A stretch of 64,000 bases of DNA from a candidate division WOR-3 bacterium (GTDB lineage: Bacteria; Hydrothermota; Tepidihabitantia; SM23-42; CAYGYG01). Below, in pieces: positions 49,177 through 58,113 of this stretch. The notes under the pieces were generated by a model. That model was not told the DNA's origin and searched no databases. It worked only from the letters and a program-made list of their open reading frames with translations. The DNA lies in the NCBI GenBank assembly GCA_965648915.1, contig CBFGIV010000003.1, forward strand, positions 39,323 through 103,322, in the 5' to 3' direction. The position numbers and the translations under genes are program-made. Every line of letters starts with the position of its first letter. The first letter of the stretch is position 1.

Positions 49177-50174
49177 TCTATCTCTTTACTGTAATCATAA
49201 CCCTTGTGCTTGCCTATCTTTTGACCTGGCTGATGATAAAAATCGCCCATCGCTTCAACCTCTACGACATTCCCTCGGAACGAAAGGTCCACTATGAAAA
49301 TGTCCCGATCCTGGGTGGCGTCGGGATTATCATCGCCTTTTTTATCGGTGAAGGCCTGGCCTTCAAAGTTTTTGGGGTAAACACAAACTTTCTCTTACTC
49401 ATCTTTTTATCTTATCTACCAATAATGGTAATCTCAATCTATGATGATTTGAAGGAGACCAGTGTCTACCTAAGGCTTTTGATTCAGATAATCAGTGTCA
49501 CAATTATCGTCGTCGCCGGGCCCAAAATCGAGTACTTACCTTTACCTGTGGGTAAATTATCATTGCGTTTCTTTTCCTATCCGATTACAATCTTCTGGTA
49601 TCTTTTATTGATCAATGGTTTTAATTTTATCGATGGGCTCGATGGCCTGGCTGCAGGCATTGCCTGCATTGGATCGATCGTCATCTTTATAACTAAATCT
49701 GTGGTTGGTGATCAGTATTCAGCGCTTTTCTGTCTGGGCCTTTTAGGTAGCAGTCTCGGTTTTTTAAGATTTAACTTCTTTCCAGCGAAAATCTTTATGG
49801 GTGATACAGGTGCGAATTTTCTCGGTTTTACCTTTGCCGCAATATCACTCTTAAGCCAGGGTAGAGCTGTGGTCTTAACATCACTCCTGATCCCGATTAC
49901 GGCATTGAGTCTTCCGATCGTCGATGTCTTACATCATATCGTTTATCGCGCCGGTGATCGGAAGGGGCTTTTTGTTTCGGACAAAGACCATATCCACCAC
50001 CGTTTTCTCCAAATGGGCTTTCATCACAAATGGGTGGTAATAGAATTTTATCTATTAACTGCCCTCCTCGGTGGAGTCGGACTCTTTCTTTTAACCAAGA
50101 GCCGTCTCTACATTTATACATTTACAATACTTTTTTTAATTTTCAGTGTAATATGGTTTAAACAGAAGAGGTAA
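49173..50174 (+). CDS. WecA/TagO-like undecaprenyl-phosphate GlcNAc-1-P transferase
   Basis: RKVH...P.LGG, YDD, NFIDGLDGLA, IFMGDTG and HIHHR. Confidence 0.9.
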   Translation: MIYLFTVIITLVLAYLLTWLMIKIAHRFNLYDIPSERKVHYENVPILGGVGIIIAFFIGEGLAFKVFGVNTNFLLLIFLSYLPIMVISIYDDLKETSVYLRLLIQIISVTIIVVAGPKIEYLPLPVGKLSLRFFSYPITIFWYLLLINGFNFIDGLDGLAAGIACIGSIVIFITKSVVGDQYSALFCLGLLGSSLGFLRFNFFPAKIFMGDTGANFLGFTFAAISLLSQGRAVVLTSLLIPITALSLPIVDVLHHIVYRAGDRKGLFVSDKDHIHHRFLQMGFHHKWVVIEFYLLTALLGGVGLFLLTKSRLYIYTFTILFLIFSVIWFKQKR

Positions 50175-50176
50175 AA

Positions 50177-52315
50177 ATGATTATCCTTTTCATCATAAGT
50201 CTTTACAATATGAAATTTTATACCAACACTAACTATATCTACAAGTTATGTAATGATGGTCAATACCTTTATTGTGCAACCAGCGGCGGCCTGAGTATAT
50301 TCTCAATAGATGACAGATCTTTTAAGGTCTATACAAATACTGATGGCCTGCCGTCAAACTGGTCAACCTGTCTTGCCATTGACCGGGATAAGAATATCTG
50401 GGTTGGAACTGACAACGGCATCGGTATCCTGAAGGCAGACCATTCATCCATCTTAAGACTATCACAAAAATTCTTCCCCTCCCCAAGGATCAATGCCATC
50501 CATATTAGAGAAGACACGGTCTATATCGGAACCGAAGGTGGTTTACTTTTTATCAATACAAGAAATACCTTGATCGATACGAGCGATGATGAGTATAAGA
50601 TCATCAGAACTGTTAATGGTTTAATCTCTGACACTGTCCTTTCCATTGTCGCCAATCGATATATCTGGGTGGGTACGATGAACGGGATAACCCGCTTCAG
50701 CAAAAACTTCGATTCGGTCACTTATTTCCTGGACAAACAGAAGATCAAAACAATGGTATCGAAAGATTCAGTAAATATCTATGTCGGAACCGATAATGCC
50801 CTTTATCTGTTTCGGGATGACACCTTCCGGATCCTGATGAGCGGTTGGGACATAAATGACCTCGCCCTGAAGAACGATTCTCTATTTATTGTCATTCCGA
50901 ATGCCTTCATAATCTATAAAGATTCATTTATGACCCGCAATACGGGCCTGCCCGCCGGTATCAGATTAAAATCGGTGGCCACTACTTCTGATGCCTGGGC
51001 CGTGGGGCTCGGTAATGAACATTCTACCTTTGATAACAAAGGCGAAGGCATTGGCCTCTGGGAAAATGGTCGATTCTCAACCTATAAGAGAGAATGTATC
51101 CCTTCAAACTGTATTGCCGATTTGACCGTTGCCAGTAATGGCCAACTATTCTTAGCCTTGGGCCCCCGCGGTGGTATCGGTGCGGTTCTGTCGGGCATCG
51201 CACTGCTCAAAGAAGATTCTTCGTGGTTGAATATTACCAAACCGACAATCCCGACCGATATGGTGCATCGCTGTGATGCCGATCCTGCCGGCCGGGTCTG
51301 GTTTATCGGTAACTGGGAAGGCGGTGCCTTCTTTTACGACACTAAAGGCGATTCCTGGGTATTCTTCAATTCAGGAAACTCACAGATTGGTAGTAATATC
51401 GGCTGGGATATAAAGGCTGATGTCCATAATAATATCTACTTCTCTTTAGCTGGACCAGCCGACCGGATAATGGTCCTGGACTCTTCTCTGACCGTCTGGA
51501 CCCAACTTAACCCCGGTGGGCTCGGACACGCCGCCGAATTGGAAGTTGCTGATCAGGGCAGAATCTATGTCACCTTTAAGACCGAAGGGACGCTCTTTAT
51601 TGACACCAAGAACACAATTGCCGATGTCAATGACGATACCTTCTGTTTCTATACTGAAGAAAATGGTCTACCTTCGATAAACTGCCAGTCCGTACGGGTC
51701 GATCCCAAAGGCCGGACCTTTATTGCAACCGAAGCGGGCGTCGCTTTATTCTATAAGGACTCAATCAAGACCTTTAGCACTAAAAATAGTGGTATGATTT
51801 ATGACGACTGCCTGGCCATGACTATTGATGGGCAGAAAAGGATCTGGATATTGACTTCTGCCGGCATTTCCATCTATAATCCCTATTTTAACACCTGGCA
51901 AAGAATCGGCTTCAGCGAAAACAACCTCACCGTAAAGTTTGCCCCGGAAAAACTGGATAACAAAGCCTTTTTATTTGACCCTTATCACAACTGTGTCTGG
52001 CTTGGTAGCCGCAGCGGACTGCTCCGGATTGACCTTACCGAACCCCGGGTTTCCGGTACCGACAGCGCCTTTGTTTACCCTAATCCCCTAACTCGAAATG
52101 ACCATGCTCTTGTCTTCAAGAAAATTCCTCCTGATGCAAAGATTTATATCTTTTCGATCGATGGCCGGTTGATAAAGAAATTAGAGGACTTCGACCCAAC
52201 TGTTAGCGGATATATCTGGTTTGATGCTGAAATAAACCTCACCAGCGGTCTCTATTTTGCTCTGATTAAGAGCCCTCAGGAAAAAAGGATTTTAAAATTT
52301 GCCGTGGTCAAATAG
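50177..52315 (+). CDS. PorZ-like beta-propeller protein with T9SS-type C-terminal domain
   Basis: Propeller repeats (GLPSN...IWVGT..G); C-terminal VYPNP...IYIFSIDGRL...SGLYF...KFAVVK. Confidence 0.78.
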   Translation: MIILFIISLYNMKFYTNTNYIYKLCNDGQYLYCATSGGLSIFSIDDRSFKVYTNTDGLPSNWSTCLAIDRDKNIWVGTDNGIGILKADHSSILRLSQKFFPSPRINAIHIREDTVYIGTEGGLLFINTRNTLIDTSDDEYKIIRTVNGLISDTVLSIVANRYIWVGTMNGITRFSKNFDSVTYFLDKQKIKTMVSKDSVNIYVGTDNALYLFRDDTFRILMSGWDINDLALKNDSLFIVIPNAFIIYKDSFMTRNTGLPAGIRLKSVATTSDAWAVGLGNEHSTFDNKGEGIGLWENGRFSTYKRECIPSNCIADLTVASNGQLFLALGPRGGIGAVLSGIALLKEDSSWLNITKPTIPTDMVHRCDADPAGRVWFIGNWEGGAFFYDTKGDSWVFFNSGNSQIGSNIGWDIKADVHNNIYFSLAGPADRIMVLDSSLTVWTQLNPGGLGHAAELEVADQGRIYVTFKTEGTLFIDTKNTIADVNDDTFCFYTEENGLPSINCQSVRVDPKGRTFIATEAGVALFYKDSIKTFSTKNSGMIYDDCLAMTIDGQKRIWILTSAGISIYNPYFNTWQRIGFSENNLTVKFAPEKLDNKAFLFDPYHNCVWLGSRSGLLRIDLTEPRVSGTDSAFVYPNPLTRNDHALVFKKIPPDAKIYIFSIDGRLIKKLEDFDPTVSGYIWFDAEINLTSGLYFALIKSPQEKRILKFAVVK

Positions 52316-52318
52316 AAA

Positions 52319-53683
52319 TCATTTTACCGAAGATTCACTCCGCGTCAGGCCAATGCTACTGAAGATAATGAGCATTGGTTCGATCGGTATACGGAACCTC
52401 GAATAGCCAAGTGATCCGGGGATGATAAGCATATAGATAATAACTATACCATAAAGGACAAGGGCCGAATTCACTCTCTTTTTGCACAATAGATAAATTA
52501 AACAGCCTATGATTAAAATCGAATGGTATAATAAAGCGCCCAACAGGATCAAAATGGCCATAACCGGTAGACGGGCAACTCTCTCTTCAAATATAATCTT
52601 AGCCATATTCCCTATCTTCCCCTGGGCAAGATATTTCATAGCATTCTGGGCGGTCCGCCTCGAGAGATCAAGTTCTTCGGGTGTTTTTCCACTGACATAG
52701 GTAATAACCTCCCGGAACGGCAAAGGTAAGAAAAGGGTTGATCCGAAACCAATCAATCTAATCTTCAGGTAAGTAAATGGATAACGGCCTATTACTGACA
52801 ATGCCTGTCTGGTCTTTAATGCCATACTATCATTTATATTCTCCGGCCTTAAAATTGCCGCCATTTTATCATACTCTTTCCAGAACTCCTGCGCAGCATC
52901 GTTTACATCGATCTTTCTTTGAATCGCTAAAACGAGGGGTGCATCAAAGGAGGCAATATTATAACTGAATACGGATGAGAAAAAAATAGTTCTATAAACA
53001 AAGAAATTTCTCACCAGCCAGGGAAGGATGAATAAGAGGTAGCCCATTAAGAAGAGGATGATTTTTAACCCGGTCTTCTTTAAACCCTTTTTTATAATCA
53101 CATAGAAGAGAATAAACAAAGGGAGGAGGATCGCAATTGGTCTGGTTAGAGTTGCCAGGCCTAAAAATATGCCGGCGATAACAATCGACCAGCCTTCGAG
53201 TTTTTCGATAAATAAATTTACCAGCACAAGACTGACAAATATTAAAACCATAAAGATAACATCCGAGAGGACCTGAACCGAATAGAAGGCAATGTTGAAA
53301 TTTAAGATAAAGAGCAGCCCCGCAATCATTTTTTCCCGTAATTCAAGAAACTTGAGCCTAAAAATCAAAACAATCGGAATAGTTGAAATTATTATCTGCA
53401 GTAGGATCAGGACCAATCGGTTATACTGGAATACTTTATATACCCCCGCAGCAAAAAGGGGGTAAAGAGGGGTTCTTAAAGCATCGGGCCGATAAGGAGG
53501 CGCACCGTCGAGGGAAAATTTACCAACTGAGATTAGATTCCTGGCAAGCGTCTCATACTCCCGAGCATCGCGGGTCGGTGTTAAAGGGCGGTTGATATCA
53601 GATAGAGCCGGGATCGTCCAGATTGACCTGAAGGTCAGGGTAAGAATTATATTGAAGATCAGAAATCTGGTTGTTGTTGACAC
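52319..53683 (-). CDS. GT-C membrane glycosyltransferase (ArnT/PMT/GT39-like)
   Basis: D..EY..LA.NL, RTPLYP, VLSD, LTRP, PW.VRN and RFRIPIEP; multi-TM. Confidence 0.8.
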   Translation of the reverse strand: MSTTTRFLIFNIILTLTFRSIWTIPALSDINRPLTPTRDAREYETLARNLISVGKFSLDGAPPYRPDALRTPLYPLFAAGVYKVFQYNRLVLILLQIIISTIPIVLIFRLKFLELREKMIAGLLFILNFNIAFYSVQVLSDVIFMVLIFVSLVLVNLFIEKLEGWSIVIAGIFLGLATLTRPIAILLPLFILFYVIIKKGLKKTGLKIILFLMGYLLFILPWLVRNFFVYRTIFFSSVFSYNIASFDAPLVLAIQRKIDVNDAAQEFWKEYDKMAAILRPENINDSMALKTRQALSVIGRYPFTYLKIRLIGFGSTLFLPLPFREVITYVSGKTPEELDLSRRTAQNAMKYLAQGKIGNMAKIIFEERVARLPVMAILILLGALLYHSILIIGCLIYLLCKKRVNSALVLYGIVIIYMLIIPGSLGYSRFRIPIEPMLIIFSSIGLTRSESSVK

Positions 53684-53788
53684 ACCAAATTATATCTCTC
53701 CTTATCTCGATGTCAACCCTGCTTATTATTATCCAGACTTGACGAAGGCATTAAAATAGATAAAATAAAGCATTAAGTCCATTAACTT

Positions 53789-54142
53789 ATGCACGAACTT
53801 TCCGTCACTCAGTCGATTTTTGACATCTGTCTCCAAGAGGCTCGTAAGCACTCATTACGAAAGATAACTGAGATAAACATCAGATTAGGTCGATTCTCAA
53901 CATTTGAACCGGAATCGATAATCTTCTATTTCAATATTATGAGTAAAGGTTCAATTGCTGAAAATGCAAAACTTAAGTTTGAGATTATTAAAATCAAGGT
54001 CCTTTGCCTTAATTGCGATAATATTATGGAGTCAGACGAGCCTATCTTTGTCTGCACCAGTTGTGGCCACTCGAACTTTGAGATCCTTGAAGGTCGAGAA
54101 TTTTCCATCGAAAGTATTGTCGGCGATGAGGAGGTTCAATGA
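53789..54142 (+). CDS. hypA: Hydrogenase maturation nickel metallochaperone HypA
   Basis: MHELS, CxxC...CxxC and GRE. Confidence 0.95.
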   Translation: MHELSVTQSIFDICLQEARKHSLRKITEINIRLGRFSTFEPESIIFYFNIMSKGSIAENAKLKFEIIKIKVLCLNCDNIMESDEPIFVCTSCGHSNFEILEGREFSIESIVGDEEVQ

Positions 54143-54804
54143 AGATCGATATCTTAAAAAGTGTCCTGGTCACTAATGAAGCAATCGCAGCCGAAAATAG
54201 AAGGATATTCGATAAACACCGAGCACTGGTTATTAACTTAATGTCTTCACCCGGTGCCGGTAAGACAAGCCTTATTGAAAGGACGATTAAGGCCCTCGGG
54301 ACTAAATATAAAATCGCGGTCATTGAAGGCGACATCGCAGGAAATATCGATGCTCAGCGGATAAATAACCTTGGCGTACCGGTAATCCAGATCAATACCG
54401 GTGGCGAATGCCACCTCGATGCCCATATGGTCAGATCAAGTCTTCCCCATCTGCCCTCGGGAGAGTTCGATCTTATAATCATCGAAAATGTCGGTAATCT
54501 TGTCTGTCCGGCTGAGTTTAATGTCGGCGAAGATTTTAAGGCAATGATCCTCTCTCTTCCCGAAGGAGATGACAAGGTTAAAAAATACCCTCTGATGTTC
54601 CATCAGTCAAAGGTCTTGCTCGTCAACAAAATGGACCTTGTCGACCGGACCGATTTCAATTTCGATACCCTGAATAAAGATTTACAGGCAGTTAATCCTA
54701 AATTGAAAGTCTTTAAAATTTCTTGTAAAAGCGACATGGGCATCGACCAGTGGATTAAATATCTTGAAGATGCAATCATTGATAAGAAGAAAAATTTTCG
54801 TTAG
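54139..54804 (+). CDS. hypB: Hydrogenase nickel incorporation GTPase HypB
   Basis: SSPGAGKT, CHLDA, ENVGNLVCPA and NKMD. Confidence 0.95.
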   Translation: MKIDILKSVLVTNEAIAAENRRIFDKHRALVINLMSSPGAGKTSLIERTIKALGTKYKIAVIEGDIAGNIDAQRINNLGVPVIQINTGGECHLDAHMVRSSLPHLPSGEFDLIIIENVGNLVCPAEFNVGEDFKAMILSLPEGDDKVKKYPLMFHQSKVLLVNKMDLVDRTDFNFDTLNKDLQAVNPKLKVFKISCKSDMGIDQWIKYLEDAIIDKKKNFR

Positions 54805-57028
54805 AGGTATTGTTCAGGGGGTTGGTTTCCGGCCATTTATCTATCGTCTGGCTGGTCAATTCGATATTAAAGGCTGGGTCCTCAACTCCTCCTCCGGTGT
54901 GACCATTGATGCCGAAGGTGAAAAGAGTAAGGTCGAGAAGTTCATCGAACAGATAGAGCGAGAAAAACCGGTCAATGCCCGTATCGATGAAATAAAGATT
55001 CTTACCCGAAAGGCTATCGGCTACCAACATTTTACCATCCGCGAAAGCACAATCTCATCTAACGGCCATGCCCTGATCTCACCTGACCTTGCAACCTGTC
55101 CTGACTGCCAGCAGGAGATTATGAATCAGGGCAATCGCCGCTACTTTTATCCCTTTACGAATTGCACCAACTGTGGTCCCAGATATTCAATAATTATGGA
55201 TATGCCTTATGATCGGATCCGGACAACAATGAAGAATTTCCGGATGTGCCCTACCTGTGCAGCGGAATATCATAATACCAGCGATCGTCGCTTTCACGCC
55301 CAGCCCAATGCCTGCCCGGAATGTGGCCCAATCCTCTTTCTCTATACGATCAACCGTCGATTGATAAATACCCTTTCTCCAATCGAGACAACAATCAATT
55401 TATTAAAGAATGGAAAGATCATCGCGATCAAAGGTCTGGGCGGTTTTCATATTGCCTGTGATGCCAAGAATGAAATCGTGGTTAAGAGACTGAGAAGAAG
55501 AAAGAACCGCCCCCATAAACCTTTTGCCATTATGTGCAAACTCAAAGATATTAAAAAGGTTGCTTTTCTTACCAGATCCGAAGCCGAATTACTCTCATCC
55601 CCACAATCGCCTATCATCCTTTTGAGAAAAAAGAAAAATAACCTGCTGGCAGATGCAATTGCTCCGGATAACCCTTATTTGGGCATTATGATCCCTTATA
55701 CACCCCTCCATCACCTCCTCTTTCGCGAATTAGACTATCTAGTTATGACCAGCGGGAATCTCCAGGATGAGCCAATCATAATCGATGATGAAGAATGTTT
55801 TCAAAAACTGTCCCATATCGTCGACTATGTCCTGACCAATAACCGTTTGATACAAAATCGAAACGACGATTCAATTGTAACATATTCCCGTTATACAAAC
55901 TTTTCGATACTACGCCGTTCGCGTGGTTATGCCCCCGACCCCCTGGATCTACCCATCAGTATCAAGCCCACCCTGGGTTGTGGTGGTGAATTAAAGAGCA
56001 CCTTCTGTCTGGCTCATAGTAGAATCGCCTATCTCAGTCCTCATATTGGAGACTTAGAAAACAATGAGACGATGGGGGCTTTTGAAAAAATTTTACAAAA
56101 TTACAAAAGATGGTTTAAGATTGAACCGGAACTGATCGCCTATGACCTCCATCCCGACTATATGACCACGAGATTTGGACAATCGATTAAATCCGGTCAG
56201 AAAAAGCCGGTTCAACACCATTTTGCTCACATCGCCGCCTGCCTTGCCGAGAATTTAATCGAGGAGCCGGTGATCGGCCTGGCCTTTGATGGCACCGGCT
56301 ACGGACTCGATGGCAAGATCTGGGGGTGCGAATTTCTAATTGGTAATATTAAAGGGTTAAAAAGGGCTGGCCATCTCAAATATCTGCCCTTACCGGGCGG
56401 TGAGGCAAGCATCCGCCACCCTTATCGAATCGCTCTCGCTTATTTGATCTATCTCTTTGGTTCAATCCCCCAACTGCCTTTTATAAATAAAATTCCGCGC
56501 CAAGAGAAGATCACCATCGAACGGATGGTCGAATCTAATTTTAATCTAACTTTTACTTCAAGTCTGGGAAGACTCTTCGATGCCGTATCAGCAATTCTCG
56601 GTTTTACCACAGAAATAACCTTTGAAGCCCAGGCGGCTATGCAACTCGAATACCTATCAACAAACCCGACCGAAGATCTCTATCTCTCAACCATCGAGGA
56701 AGAAGACGGAATTTTGATCATAAATCCCGGTGAAATCATCAAAGGGATAATCCTCGACCTCAAACGAGGTGTCTCGCACCATAAGATTGCAACCAAATTT
56801 CATAATTCGATTATAAAATTTTCGATCGATACCTGCCTTCGATTACGGTCTCGATACAATCTTAATAGGGTCGCTATTTCGGGTGGTGCATTTCAGAACC
56901 GCCTTCTGCTCGAGGGCCTCTATAAACATCTCATTATTAATGATTTTGAACCAATCTTTCACCGTAAAGTGCCTTACAATGACGGTGGAATATCTTTGGG
57001 CCAAGTAGTTCTGGCTAACAGCAATTAA
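54770..57028 (+). CDS. hypF: Carbamoyltransferase HypF
   Basis: GIVQGVGFRP, zinc fingers, RRFHAQPNAC, KGLGGFH, DLHP.Y, QHH.AH, DGTGYG and NDGGISLGQ. Confidence 0.96.
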   Translation: MQSLIRRKIFVRGIVQGVGFRPFIYRLAGQFDIKGWVLNSSSGVTIDAEGEKSKVEKFIEQIEREKPVNARIDEIKILTRKAIGYQHFTIRESTISSNGHALISPDLATCPDCQQEIMNQGNRRYFYPFTNCTNCGPRYSIIMDMPYDRIRTTMKNFRMCPTCAAEYHNTSDRRFHAQPNACPECGPILFLYTINRRLINTLSPIETTINLLKNGKIIAIKGLGGFHIACDAKNEIVVKRLRRRKNRPHKPFAIMCKLKDIKKVAFLTRSEAELLSSPQSPIILLRKKKNNLLADAIAPDNPYLGIMIPYTPLHHLLFRELDYLVMTSGNLQDEPIIIDDEECFQKLSHIVDYVLTNNRLIQNRNDDSIVTYSRYTNFSILRRSRGYAPDPLDLPISIKPTLGCGGELKSTFCLAHSRIAYLSPHIGDLENNETMGAFEKILQNYKRWFKIEPELIAYDLHPDYMTTRFGQSIKSGQKKPVQHHFAHIAACLAENLIEEPVIGLAFDGTGYGLDGKIWGCEFLIGNIKGLKRAGHLKYLPLPGGEASIRHPYRIALAYLIYLFGSIPQLPFINKIPRQEKITIERMVESNFNLTFTSSLGRLFDAVSAILGFTTEITFEAQAAMQLEYLSTNPTEDLYLSTIEEEDGILIINPGEIIKGIILDLKRGVSHHKIATKFHNSIIKFSIDTCLRLRSRYNLNRVAISGGAFQNRLLLEGLYKHLIINDFEPIFHRKVPYNDGGISLGQVVLANSN

Positions 57029-57029
57029 A

Positions 57030-57263
57030 ATGTGTTTAGCAGTAATTGGTAAAATAATTTCGATCAGAGAAGATGAAGGAATTGTTGAAATCAGCGGTGT
57101 CCGGCGTGAGGTAATGCTCAGTCTCGTCCCCGGGGTAAAGGTCGGTGATTATGTTATGATCCATGCCGGTTTTGCCATTCAGATTCTTGAAGAAGAAGAC
57201 GCCCGGGAAACAATCCGGATGATTAACGAGATGCTAAAGGAGACCGACCAGAGTGGGGGTTAA
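57030..57263 (+). CDS. hypC: Hydrogenase chaperone HypC
   Basis: MCLA and GDYV.IHAGFA. Confidence 0.95.
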   Translation: MCLAVIGKIISIREDEGIVEISGVRREVMLSLVPGVKVGDYVMIHAGFAIQILEEEDARETIRMINEMLKETDQSGG

Positions 57264-58113
57264 ACTTTCCTTCATCATTGTCACCTGGAATAGCGAAGAG
57301 TTTATAAGTCAATTGCTAACTGGACTACCTCAGGGTGAAGATTACGAAACAATCGTCGTCGATAATGGATCTCAGGACCAAACGGTGAAAATCATCGAAA
57401 AGAATTTTCCTGCGGTAAAACTGATCAAGAATACTCAGAATCAATTTCTCTCCCGGGCAACCAATCAGGCATTTAATATCTCTAAGGGTGAATACCTGTT
57501 GCTCCTCAACCCGGATGTTATCATCAAACGAGAAGCAATAGAAACAATGCTCGATTTTATTGATAAACATTCGGAAGTCGGCGCCCTGGGACCAAAGTTA
57601 TTTAATCCTGATGGCACCCTGCAACCATCCTGTCGAGAATTCCCGACCCTGGGAAACATCCTCTGGGAATTTTCTATAATCCCGAGGATCTTCAAATCCC
57701 TCTCCCGATGGAAGATGGGATATTTTGATCATAACCATACCCGTGAAGTTGACCAGCCCATCGGCTCCTGTCTTATGGTGCGACGCGATGCCTTTATCAA
57801 GGCAGGGATGATGGATGAATCTTTACCCCTGTTTTGTAATGATGTCTCTCTCTGTTATAATATTAAAAAAGCCGGTTACAAAATATATTTCTTGGCTGAG
57901 GCAGCGGGTTTACATCACCACGGTGCTTCGGTTAAAAAGGTTATGGTCAAGACAATAATCGAAGCACATCATTCACTCTATTGCTATCTGCGCAGATCTT
58001 ACAATAAGAATTTTTTGCTTTATCTAATTGGAACTTTAATATTTATCAGTGCTGTTTTAAGAATTATATGCTACAGGTTAAGCAAAACAATTATTTCCCC
58101 CATTAAAAAATGA
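57253..58113 (+). CDS. GT2 glycosyltransferase
   Basis: IIVTWNS, VDNGSQD, LLNPD and EVDQ..G.C. Confidence 0.87.
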   Translation: MGVKLSFIIVTWNSEEFISQLLTGLPQGEDYETIVVDNGSQDQTVKIIEKNFPAVKLIKNTQNQFLSRATNQAFNISKGEYLLLLNPDVIIKREAIETMLDFIDKHSEVGALGPKLFNPDGTLQPSCREFPTLGNILWEFSIIPRIFKSLSRWKMGYFDHNHTREVDQPIGSCLMVRRDAFIKAGMMDESLPLFCNDVSLCYNIKKAGYKIYFLAEAAGLHHHGASVKKVMVKTIIEAHHSLYCYLRRSYNKNFLLYLIGTLIFISAVLRIICYRLSKTIISPIKK

